NCBI GenBank assembly: GCA_008632985.1
Contig: QPGO01000012.1
Location: forward strand, 620,001 to 684,000
DNA: 64,000 bases
Direction of reading: 5' to 3'
Source: Psammoneis japonica
Taxonomy: Eukaryota
A program made the translations under genes and the position numbers. Shown piece by piece: positions 10,345 to 21,335 of the stretch. The notes below the pieces were generated by a model that was not told the DNA's origin, ran no database searches, and worked only from the letters and a program-made list of their open reading frames with translations. Numbering within the stretch: position 1 is the first letter of the stretch; each line of letters starts with the position of its first letter.

Positions 10345-12481
10345 ATGTTTCTGTGTGGTGGGAAACGTGTTGCCGCCTGGTCGGGCACATGTCGACGACA
10401 ATTATTGTTTGCACGTCAAAATGGGCTTTCAAGAACTCGCGTATGCCCCATAGTTAGACTGCATGCCAAAGTTTGCAAGGAGGATATCGCACTCAATCCG
10501 AAACTGTGGGAGGGAGCGACTCATTCTTCTTCTGATTTTGTTACACACGTTTTGGCAGGACCCGACGAACCAACCGTCGTAAAAGCCATTGAATCCGCCG
10601 TGAATGTCAGCACGAATGTGGACTGCAATGCCATAATACCAAAAGAAAATACAAATCTATCCGCCTCGCATTTGTTGCAACTGGGGGCGGTTTGGTTCCT
10701 CCCAAAGGATGCACCGCGGAACCCCAGTTTGGGCGCAAAACCCATGCGCTGACGTTGGAAAACTCTATAACAACACTACAAGAGGGCGATTATCTTCGAA
10801 TCCATCATGCTCCACGTCGATTTCCGCAAGTGCATGACTACGAATGGAACCAACCAATAGCGGAAACTACAAAAGAAAACAAAACCGGTGTGATCGTGGC
10901 AGAGGACGTGGACAGGGGCTATCTCGTGATTAACAAGCCGGCCGGGGTGCCGGTCCATGCAACGGTGGATAACTGCTTGGAAAATGTAGCAGAGTGCATT
11001 CGCACACACACAAACCATGATTATGTTTCGACTCCACAACGGTTGGATCAAAACACGTCGGGATTGCTAGTAGTGGCTACCAAAAAGTCGTTTGCCGCCT
11101 ATTATGCCAAACTGCTGAGAACGAAAACGGATCAACAACTCAACACATCATCTACACCAACAAGAAGTGCCATTCACAAACGATATAAATGTCTTGTCTG
11201 TCTTATACCACGGAAAGACAACCAAAACAGCGACAGCGGTACGTATCGTTCACGTCTGGTCTCGACGTGGATGTTTTCCTATTTGTTCTTCTCACATCTC
11301 TGCCTCTTTTCACCAGAACCTTGGTCTGTCACATTGGCCATGAATCGACTCAAGTCGTTTGTAGGTACCGTTATGCGTCATTATCTGGAACCATCAATTC
11401 GTGCACCAAAACACTTTGCACGGGTGCCTGGAAACGAATCTTGGGCAGAGAGTCTGTTGCGAATCGTCAACGTTGGCACACCCTATCCATTGGTGGGAAG
11501 CCAGGCTGGAAATGAGCTTGCAAATGGCTTGTGGCATAGACATGGTATGACAAAGATAGCAATGAGTGTGACTCTTTTGTACGTTAGAGTAGAGGATTGC
11601 TATTGACGCTTATTCGGTTTTTTTCTGTTATCGTGGGATTATGTACAGAAGCCATGCCGGTAGACTGTGTCGGAGTTGTTGAATTGGAAGTGGAATTATT
11701 GACGGGACGAACACATCAGATTCGGGGACAGCTGTCAACAGAGGGCTTTCCGTTGGTTGGCGATGCCCAATACGGTGGTGCGATCGAGTCGTCATCCGAG
11801 GGACTTGGTATTTCTCCACAGACCCACTATGTTCATTCCAATCAACTTGCGTTACAGTGCAGCCAGCTCGAGTTTCTAGATCCAGACATGGTTATGAATG
11901 AAAAGGATGGTGCCGAGGTGGGCATGATCTCGAGTCGGTGGAATTCCTACAGCCTAAATGAGGCGTGGTGGTCTCCTCTCCTTGAGCGATATCGCGACGA
12001 GGCTGCAAACGGCCCTGCAACGAGCAGTTCGGCCGACCAAGAACAAGCACGAGCCCTGCAAGATTCTACCCAGCAAACAGAGCGACAGGGCATGAGATTG
12101 GACAGTGAGATTGGCATGCCACCTAGAGTGCAGTTGTCCCCTGGCACGAACAAATATGTCCTAGTCAAAGCCAAAAAGAGAGTGCATGACGAGAGTACAA
12201 CACATTGGTTTGTGAAGAGCGCTTCTCCATCGGAATGTGGTGGAGCCTACCATTCCAATGTTGCACAGGACCTGGTGGATGAGTTGTGGGAGTCATTTGA
12301 TAGTGTAGCTGTGATGGGTGGAGGACGGATTGATTATAATGACAAGGAAAAAGTGGCACATGTGTACGGCTTTAGCTATGGATTCGGAAAGGGCGATCAC
12401 GCTTTGGCAGCTCGTGTCATTGAAGAGGCGACCGACAATACGATTACTGTCACTTTTGATGATGCCGATGGGCTTTACTAA
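10345..12481 (+). CDS. RluA-family pseudouridine synthase fused to a C-terminal Janus/Ocnus (PHPT1-like phosphohistidine phosphatase) domain; introns ~11239-11316 and ~11545-11648; apparent frameshift near 10748
   Basis: RluA motifs VINKPAGVPVH, QRLDQNTSGLLVVA and LLTGRTHQIRGQL..GFPLVGDAQYG. Janus motifs KYVLV, YH, GGGRI and VYGFSYGFGKGDH. The predicted GT..AG introns restore the frame. Start codon is uncertain. Confidence 0.75.
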
Positions 12482-12759
12482 GACGCTGCGGGTGGAAAGT
12501 GCCGCAACTCGATTTTGTTCGCGTTCTCGAGCTTGGATTCGACAAGAAAGTTTCGATTGAATGCGTACAGCACAATGTCAACCGCGTCCAAACAATGCAA
12601 TACAAATATATTGAATCGTACCACCAGTTTTTGGCACCGTTATTTATCAACTCTATTGTACGTAAACCTTACTGTCAAAGTCATCTTTGCTGTACCGGGA
12701 GTGCGGGAGATTGTCGCTTCGGGGAGTTCGTACTCGAAATGGTTGCAGCACCTCTTACA

Positions 12760-14620
12760 ATGTGATGACCATGACACTGTCACAAATGACAAATTGCACC
12801 AACTTCTTCTGTCAGGGAGTGCAGGAGGAATGGAGTGAGAGCCACGCAAGGCTGGAGCAGGTGCTGGAGGAATTTCTAGAGAAGATGTGCAGGAGGAGCT
12901 GAGGGCAGGGTTTGGCACGTGCGATCCATGTGCCCCTTCAATGGTTTGGGAGAGGATCACCATCTTATTTGAGTGTTCTGCTGAATGGCATGTGAAGGTG
13001 TTGGGGACCTGGCAAAATGCTGGCAAGGAGAGCAGCTCACCGGAAAGCAGCATGACGAGACAAAATTGGGCAGGTGCCAAGACAATCCATTTGCCTCCTC
13101 GCCAATGTTTTCCAGGACATTTGACAGGACAAGTTTTGCCCACATTGTGGCTTGTGATGACCCCATTGGTTTGCTCATGTGTGGGAAAAAGCAGGTGTTG
13201 CACTTTTGGCCAGAAGCAAAGATGGGCCAAACATGTTTGCTTGAAAAGAGCTTCAAGAGTTTTTGTGAGGAAATGTCAGGACAGCTTCAAGTCCATGTGA
13301 TCCAACACAAAGAGAGCTTCAACAATTTCAAGTGAGAGAAGGCTGCTGTCATCACTCTTGTTTGGCATCCAGAAGATGTGCAGAAGCCAGGACCCCTCCA
13401 CAAGCTGCTGGCCATGGCAACCCTGTGTGGGCAACAAGCAACTTGTGAGCATTGGGCCCTCACAGGATGGCACCAGTGCTCTTGCAATTTCACTGCCCTG
13501 CACAAGAGAGTGCTTTCAGTGACCTTTGTGGCACATGCCTCACATGACACACACTGGTCTCTTTGCATGCACTTCAGCCTTGTCATTGAGCTCAGCCAAA
13601 GCATCACCTTTAAGCAGCGCCAGTGCATGAGCAAAAACTTCTCCAGACCCACTGCAATGTTTTTCCTTGCCAGAATGCAGATTGCTCAATTTGCACTTTG
13701 TTGGGCTGTTGGCATTGGCCAGTGAGTTCTGGGGCTCACACAACCACATGTGCTCTCCATTTGAGACGGCACACAATCTTCTCCAGAACTCAACCCACTT
13801 CTTCATGGTTGGCGTGGGTTTTTGGCAATTTGACTGACATCCCAACCTTTTTGTGCACTTGTGAGAGCACAACATTGCTGTGCCTTGTGCACCATCAGGA
13901 GATGAAAAATGGCAGGTTGTTGAAAGTCATGTTGTGGAAAGTTTGTGCAAGCTGTCCTGCAAAAGAAGTCTGGAACAACTTTCCTCCATGGAACCAGTGC
14001 CAGAAAAGCCAATGAAGACTGGAACAGCAGAATTTTTTTCTTTTTCTGGACATTCCCGGTGCTGACTGTGTGTCAGAATCTGTGCAGGTTTTGGCAAAAT
14101 CCAGATTTTCCAGACTTTGTGGAGACTCCCCTGGTGTGCTGGTTCTGCACCAGTTTCTGTGCATTTCAATGTTCCACACTTCTTGCGTTGGGCAGCAAGG
14201 CTGGTTCATTCTCTAGAAAAGTGGAGTCATGTGAACTCAGAATCACATGACCCTCTGTCAGTTTGCATTTTGGATTGTTGAAATTGGCAGCAAAAATTCT
14301 CTGACCCTGTTTGATGCTGAGTGTCTGCGCTCTGCGCCTGTTGTGTGTTGTCGCACTTGTTCTTGCACTCGTCCTGATGGACCATCAGAGCACACATGCA
14401 CAGATGCACAGGGACCCCATGTGCTTCCACAGCACAACATGCTGATGCTGCTGTGGTGTGCACACACCCAGGATCTGTGTGGTGTCACCAGCATGTTGCC
14501 AGCTTGGCAGAAAATGGGAAACAAACGAGATTTTCATGCACTTGGATCAATCCCAGGTGGGATGATTCTTCCACACAAAGAGAACTGCAACACAGGAAGA
14601 TTGTCACCATGACTGATGTC
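12760..14620. repeat. Degenerate TpA/CpG-depleted repeat remnant of unassigned family
   Basis: Same TG/CA-rich, TA-poor composition as the other blocks. No recognisable intact domain. Confidence 0.5.
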
Positions 14621-14800
14621 GAGTGACCATGGATGCGAAAGTTAGAGTTTCACACGTCTACAGTGCGTCTCTCACGTCAATCTGCTGTCACCAGCACAGG
14701 TTGCCCCTCGCACGTCATGTCGCTCGGATGATGACTGCAGCTGTCGTGCTCTCTGTCGCGTGGGTGTCTGCTTGTAGACCTGCTCGGGTTGCGATGTCTT

Positions 14801-14975
14801 TGAAGAATTTGCCATGTGGTCTTGTCGGAAACAGTGTTTGGAGCTGTGCATTTAGCGATTTAGAGCATGAAGACTCCACCCGAGATCCACTCACAATCTT
14901 AGAAACAGCAGCACAATGTCACAACGTTTTCTTTAACTTTGCTCTCTAGCAAGCGACTGCAGGGTAATTTGTTCA
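14801..14975 (+). repeat. 5' LTR of Copia element 1 (hypermutated copy)
   Basis: Aligns without gaps to 19626-19800 with 16 substitutions. Confidence 0.95.
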
Positions 14976-17900
14976 CTTTGTCAGAGCCATCGCCGCATGT
15001 GACGACAGTGGCAATGAATGCTGCGCTTGCGAACGACTCGCAATGCGGTTGTTCATTCCAACGAGTCAGAGATGACATGAAAACATCGATGAACGCAAGA
15101 CGACATTCAGTGCTTGACGAGCATGCAACTCCCAGGGCTAGTTCGGCCATGACACTTGTAGATGACAAAAGTGTCAACTACCCTGATGTGTCTCAAGAGC
15201 GTAAGTGCGCGGACACAGAGCGCAAATGTGGATCTGGGACGCCATTTCCATTCCGAAGTTATCTCGGAGGCAACTGCGTGGCGATTTGAAATCGCTGAGT
15301 GAGCACACAAACATGTCCAAGTTGAACATGTAGATGCGACACAATTGACAAATTACATTTAACCTCACTGTCGGTCAACGTAGACCAGGGAATGAGCACG
15401 TTGCCGATGATCGGCACGTGCGTCATTCGATCACGTAGATTGCAACAGCAGCCGTTACATCTGAAATCCAACACAGATTCAATCCACTTGGATTAAATGC
15501 AAACCGCCATCTGTAGACACGTTGATTGTCATCACAATGATGCTTTATCCAACAGTGGAAAAGCGACACGACGTTCGCGCACCTCACTCACTTTTCATGC
15601 AGAACCACACAAAAGTTTGTGAGAACATGTCAAACACACCGATCGTAACCATCAACAATGGCAGCCGCTGCAGCGATGCGTGCTGCCTGTGGCCGACCAG
15701 GCTTTACCGCGGAAGCAGCCACGGCTTTAACGGATGAGCAGGGAATCGACTCAGTGACGAACTGCATCATCTTGATGACCACGAGGTCGAGACCTTGTGC
15801 AGGTCATTCGTCACCCAGGAGGGGCTGCGGCAGGTGCTCCGCGGCAGGTGGGAACGTCCAACCCAACCAGGGACGTCTGTCCCATTACAAGCCAAGACGA
15901 ACCTCAAGCTCGCTGCGCACACGGCTCGTCACTGCGAGCGTGTGTCACGAACGCCAGCGCCGTCGACATCAGTCTAGCACAAGTGCGCGGCTTGCGTCAT
16001 CTCTGTGCCGCGGAGGACACCCATGAACCACCCGAAACGCTACCGACGATCATCGAGAAGGACTGGCCGAAGACGATCGAGTCGATCCAGGAGCACACAC
16101 AGGCTTGTCGAGGCGAAACGAAGATGCCGCTCATGTGCGTCATCCGCGAAGAGCAGGAAGCAACCGCCGAGGGAGACGATCGGCTGTGAACTACAATGAC
16201 CCGATCAAAGAGATGATTGCGAGGGCACCCCATCTCACTGCTGGACACAACCCGCAACCCACCGAAACGCACACGGCTGACAACATCAAAGTGTGGGAGA
16301 TCATTGCGGCTGCTGCGAGAGAACACTCGAGTTGGGCCTGTGTCAAGTTGGCCCAGAGGCGTCAGGATGCAGGACGGCCTGCCGAACCTCTGCAACCATT
16401 TCTTGGGCCCCAACAACACAGATGACATGGCAAACGCCGCTGAGAAGCGCCTTGCCAGTCTGTCCTGCCATGGGGAAAAGCGCAATTGGAATTTTGAGTG
16501 CTGCGTGCGAGTTCATGTCGAACAACACGCGATTCTGGACAGGCTGACCAAATGTGGTTATGCCGGGATCAACGCACGATCCAAAGTCCGCCATCTCCTT
16601 GCAAGTGTCAAGGCTGTTGCTTGACTCAGTTAAGATGCAGATTGTGGCCAGCGCAACGTTGCGCAACGATTTCGATGCTTGCGTTGTCCTGTTCAAGGAT
16701 TTCATCAAGCAGTCCAAGCTGGACAACGACGCGAAACGTCTTCGCGTTGCAGCTCTCAAAGCTGGCAAACGCAAACGCGAAACCGTCATTCATGCTGATG
16801 ATGTGGAGGATGAGCACTGCCCTCCCAAAGAGCATGCTGAGCTCTCTCCTCAGGCCAGGGAGAAGCTCAAGTCGCTGCGCGACACGCGTGGTGATGCGAA
16901 ATCCGGCAAGGCCACGACGGCTGGCAATGCCAAGCAGATCAAGTCGTTGACCAAGACAGTCGCGGCGTCTCCGCTCAGATGGACGATTCATCTGACGAAG
17001 GGAGCAGTGAATCTGAGGCCAAAGAGCCAATGAAGCCTCCGGCTGCCAAACAAGAATGGAGCCGCAACAACAAGGCATTGATTCGCGCGGCTGCTTGCAA
17101 ACATGTCCCCAAGGCAGGCCATCGCAAGAAGTGACAGCCAATGGTGGTGACCATGCAGCTCAGTCCATTGCAGGTCTTACGCCTAAACCAGACAAGGGTC
17201 AAGAGACCATCGCGTGAAGAGTCTGCACGGACATTGACAGTCATGCAGACATGAGTGTGCTGGGAAAGCACGCTTGAACCCTGCTTGACCACGACAGGCC
17301 AGCAGACACAGAAGGGTGTGACCCAATGCCAGGCACCAGCAAGAGACTGCACACAGTCAGTGGAGCTGTTGCTTGCACAGATCCTCAGACGGGCCACCCA
17401 CACATCTTGGTTGTCCACCAAGCAGTGCACACACCACACCTTGAGCACAACTTGCTGTGTCCAATGCAGCTGTGGCTGAATGACGTGGAACTTTCTTTAA
17501 AACCGAAGTTTCTGCTGACAAAGCCCAATGACACGGAACATGCAATTGCAGCCAAGGATGCAAATGGCACTTTGTTAACCACACCACAGACCTGGAGGGA
17601 GTCACGAGCTGCTTCCCCTCCGGCATCCCGACTTCATCCCAATGTGAGGATGCGGCCCAAGACGGAGCGTGCATGAACTCACGCATGAGTCCCCGGAATG
17701 GGACCCCGCCTCATCAGACTTTGATGCCAGAGAAGAAGCAATGACTGGTGCTCTTGGCAGAGTGCATGAGACCGGGGACGATGCGCGTCCTCACATGCAC
17801 GTTATGAGCATGAAGCTCTCACGCACTGCAGCTCAAGAGACCTCAGACCATCTGGGGAATCAGCAGCTGCGTGATGTTTCCAATGCATGCGATGACCGTG

Positions 17901-19625
17901 TGCTGCTGGCATCCATGAAACTGTCTTCACTCAAGACGATGAAGCGCGGCTTCAAAGTTGACGCTGAATGCTTGGCCGAGAATTGGTCTGTCAGCCTCAA
18001 GGATGCTCAGAATGCCCTTGAGGTAACAACGCAGCATGGAGCTAGGACAGTTCTACATCCTACGCTGTCACGCCGATTCTGTGCCAATGATCGACAACTG
18101 CGACACAGGCGCATCTCAAAGGAGATGTGCTCCGATGCCATGTTCTCCTCTGTCAAATCTAGACAAGGGAATGTGTGTGCGCAAGTGCTTGGAATGTCCA
18201 ATGGATGGGCACGCGCTTGCCCATTGAAGTCGAAACGTCTAGCGCACAAGGCATTGTTGTTGCTCTTCACGCAAGAAGGCGCACCTCACACCATGACAGT
18301 GGACGGGGCGAAGGAAGAGACAATGGGACGGTTTGGCAAGAAGGCCAGGGAGGCTGATTGCCACATCAGGCAAACTGAACCACACACCCCTTGGTCCAAT
18401 GCCGCAGAGGCACAATCCGTGAACTCAAGCGAGGTGTTGGGCGCAAGATGGTTAAATCACAGGCCCCAAAATGCTTGTGGGATGATTGCCTGGAACCAGA
18501 GGGCCTTGTTGGGTCAAACACCACTCGAAACATTTGTGAACTCGACGGTGAGGTCCTGGAAACTGCAGTGTCTGGTCAGACGGCCAACATCTCGCACATG
18601 TGCGAATTAGGCTGGGATGACTGGATCATGTTTCGAGACACAGCAGTCTCATTTCCTGAGGACAAGGAAGTCCTGGGGCGACATCCAGGTCCGAGCAGGG
18701 ATGTGGGCCCAGCCTGACGGCGCCAAGATGCTCAAAGAGAACGGACAGGCAGTCCATCGCTCATCATGTTGGGCATCAACGCCCAAGGAACAGCACCACA
18801 AGACGCACCTTGCGTTGCGTGAAAAGTTTGACAGGTTGACAAAGGCCAAGCTGGGTCTGGGTGTGACCGTCGGGGACTTTGACGACCCTGATGCAATCAC
18901 TCCTACCTTCGAACTGTTCAAGATGACGAGGACAAAGTGACAAGACACTCTTGCACTGGTTGTTTCATCCATTTGAACATGGTGTTAGTCTCCTGGTTCT
19001 CCAAGTGTCAGAGTGCCACAGAGACTTCAGTCTTTGGAGCCGAGTTTGTGGCTGTGAAGCAGGGCATGGAAGCTTTGCGAGGCCCAAGGCACAACTCAGG
19101 ATGATGGGAGTCCCGCTCAGTGGACCATCATACATTCATGGGGACAACATGTCAGTTGTCCACAACACCCAAAGCCCAGAGTCAACTTTGAAGAAGAAGT
19201 CTAACTCCACATGCTGCCATGCCGTCAGGGAGTCAGCAGCTGTGGGTGAGTCCCTCACAGGACATGTTAGATCGGAATGTGATCCAGCTGATCTTGCGAC
19301 TAAGATCATGTACGGTGGTGTCAAACGAGATGGCCTCGCAGGTGTGACACTGCACGACACATTTGATGACAATGGATGAACTGATTGACAGTCGCTTCTT
19401 CGACTGCTCCTTTTCCTGTTTCTCCTTCACATTTAGCGAGCATGTTGGCTCGCATTCCTTCCAAGCGCTTCTTGGATCAAAGCATAGTTGTGTGCCGGCA
19501 CCCTTTCCCAATTTGGGTTTAAGCAGGTTATTAGGGTTTCCTTGTCACTTGATCGTGGCTAAATGCTGTCGGAGTGTAAATTGGATCAAGCCGATTCAGT
19601 GTCTACTTCAACGACTTGAGGGGAC

Positions 19626-19800
19626 TGAAGAATTTACCATGTGGTCTTATCGGAAATAGTATTTGGAACTGTACATTTAGCGATTTAGAGCACGAAGACT
19701 CCATCCGAGATCTACTCACAATCTTAGAAATAGTAGCACCATGTTACAACGTTTTCTTTAACTTTACTCTCTAGCAAGCGACTACAGGGTAATTTATTCA
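19626..19800 (+). repeat. 3' LTR of Copia element 1 (TpA-retaining copy)
   Basis: Aligns to 14801-14975 and is preceded by a purine tract. Confidence 0.95.
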
Positions 19801-19887
19801 TCTTCGTGTTGGGTGTTGACTGTTGACCGCTGTTCAATTATTTGTTTTTCGTCAAGCCAAAGCACAAAGAGCATTTGACAAACGCAT

Positions 19888-21047
19888 GATGAGACGACAA
19901 CTTTTGCAGAGAACAACGGATGTGAAAATCCGTCACCTGAAGATGGTGATGCTTACAACTGTTGTCGTCTCACTGGCCATTTTGCTTGTTTCGACATTCA
20001 GTGATCAGGCATTTCAGAACAAGTCTCACCGCATTTCTCGTTCTCTGTCAGCACCACGAGTCTATTTGTGTGGCTGGGCCGACCCTAGTCCCGCAAATCC
20101 TCTCTTGCACCTCTTTCCAGGCCACAAATTTGTTCGGCTTACAGCAGAAACGGGTCCTCCTGATTTGTCAGTTGCTTTAGACGATGATATCATTGTGTCA
20201 AGCGAATCCCGAGAGGATCCTGCCTGTGCAGGAGTCTGGGATGGCTCAAATTCATTTTTTGAGTGGGTTGCGAAGTTTCCCGGCAAGGTTCTCCTTCGTA
20301 ATGGAGAGAGTCGAGAGAAACGGGAGAAGAATGTAACGGACAATGTCTACTCCATTGGATATTATCTGGATTCAATTGAGGAACGAACTATTCACTTTAC
20401 ATGGATGCAGATGAAACTTTTAGAGTACGGACGAGAGTGGTGGCGAAAGCTGCTAATTCATGATATGAAACCAACTAGCAAGCAAGAGAGGTTCCTTATC
20501 TATGCTGCAAGTAACTGCGTACCTTTTTGACAGGGAGCTTTCAGGCAACTTTGTGAGATAAGTGTCGCTGATTGTGTTGGAAAATGCTGCGATGGAGTGA
20601 ACAGCTCCTTGTGGCAAACACCTCCGAATGACAGACTAGTTTTCAAGACCCATTCCGATGACCACCGACGCAACCGACGAGGCTTCTCTTCATACAAGTT
20701 TTGCCTCGTTATGGAGAACACATACGTGGATGGTTATCTTACCGAAAAGATTATCAACGCCTTCCTCTCTGGCTGTGTACCGATCTGGTATGGATCAGAT
20801 GAGGTTTTTGACATTTTCAACCAAGACGCTTTCATATTTTATAACATTCAAGATCCCCGAAGAGCTTTGGCACGAGTTCAAGAACTTCAGTCTAACAGTA
20901 CGGCCTATGATGCAATGATGAAGCAACCATATTAGCAAATGGTGAAGAAACAATCAGAAAGTACTTTTCATTCACCCTGAGTTCGGTCAGGGCGAGTTGG
21001 TGAAGAAACTACATCGAAGGCTTTGGCCCATCGAAAACAAAAAGTAA
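19888..21047 (+). pseudogene. Glycosyltransferase family 10 (alpha-1,3/4-fucosyltransferase-like), disrupted
   Basis: N-terminal TM segment and motifs YAASNCVPF and YKFCLVMENTYVDGYLTEKIINAFLSGCVPIWYGS. In-frame TGA at 20528-20530 (probably from CGA) and 1-nt deletions near 20926 and 20976 relative to the adjacent duplicate. Confidence 0.8.
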
Positions 21048-21335
21048 AGTAAGCTGTGTACCGATCTGGTATGAATCAGATGAGGTTTTTGACATTTTCA
21101 ACCAAGACGCTTTCATATTTTATAACATTCAAGATCCCCGAAGAGCTTTGGCACGAGTTCAAGAACTTCAGTCTAACAGTACGGCCTATGATGCAATGAT
21201 GAAGCAAACCATATTAGCAAATGGTGAAGAAACAATCAGAAAGTACTTTTCATTCACCCCTGAGTTCGGTCAGGGCGAGTTGGTGAAGAAACTACATCGA
21301 AGGCTTTGGCCCATCGAAAACAAAAAGTAAAGTAA
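20772..21335 (+). repeat. Tandem duplication (~281/283 bp) of the 3' end of the GT10 gene
   Basis: 20772-21052 and 21053-21335 are nearly identical (gctgtgtaccgatctgg...aaagtaaagtaa). Confidence 0.95.

Larger units (their letters stand above)
14801..19800 (+). mobile_element. Ty1/Copia LTR retrotransposon, internally deleted (gag, protease, integrase and RNase H remnants; RT missing)
   Basis: 175-bp TG..CA LTRs at 14801-14975 and 19626-19800, PBS-like ctttgtcagagcca, PPT-like ttgaggggac and flanking TCTT duplication. Integrase motif TEPHTPWSNAAE and RNase H motifs GDNMSVV..PESTLKKK..ADLATK. Confidence 0.9.

Noticed and set aside
14801..19800. Classical RIP (CpA->TpA) as the explanation of the LTR differences
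   Set aside because: Polarity is wrong: the repeats are TpA-poor, conserved Tyr codons are lost and the PBS tatcagagc has become tgtcagagc.
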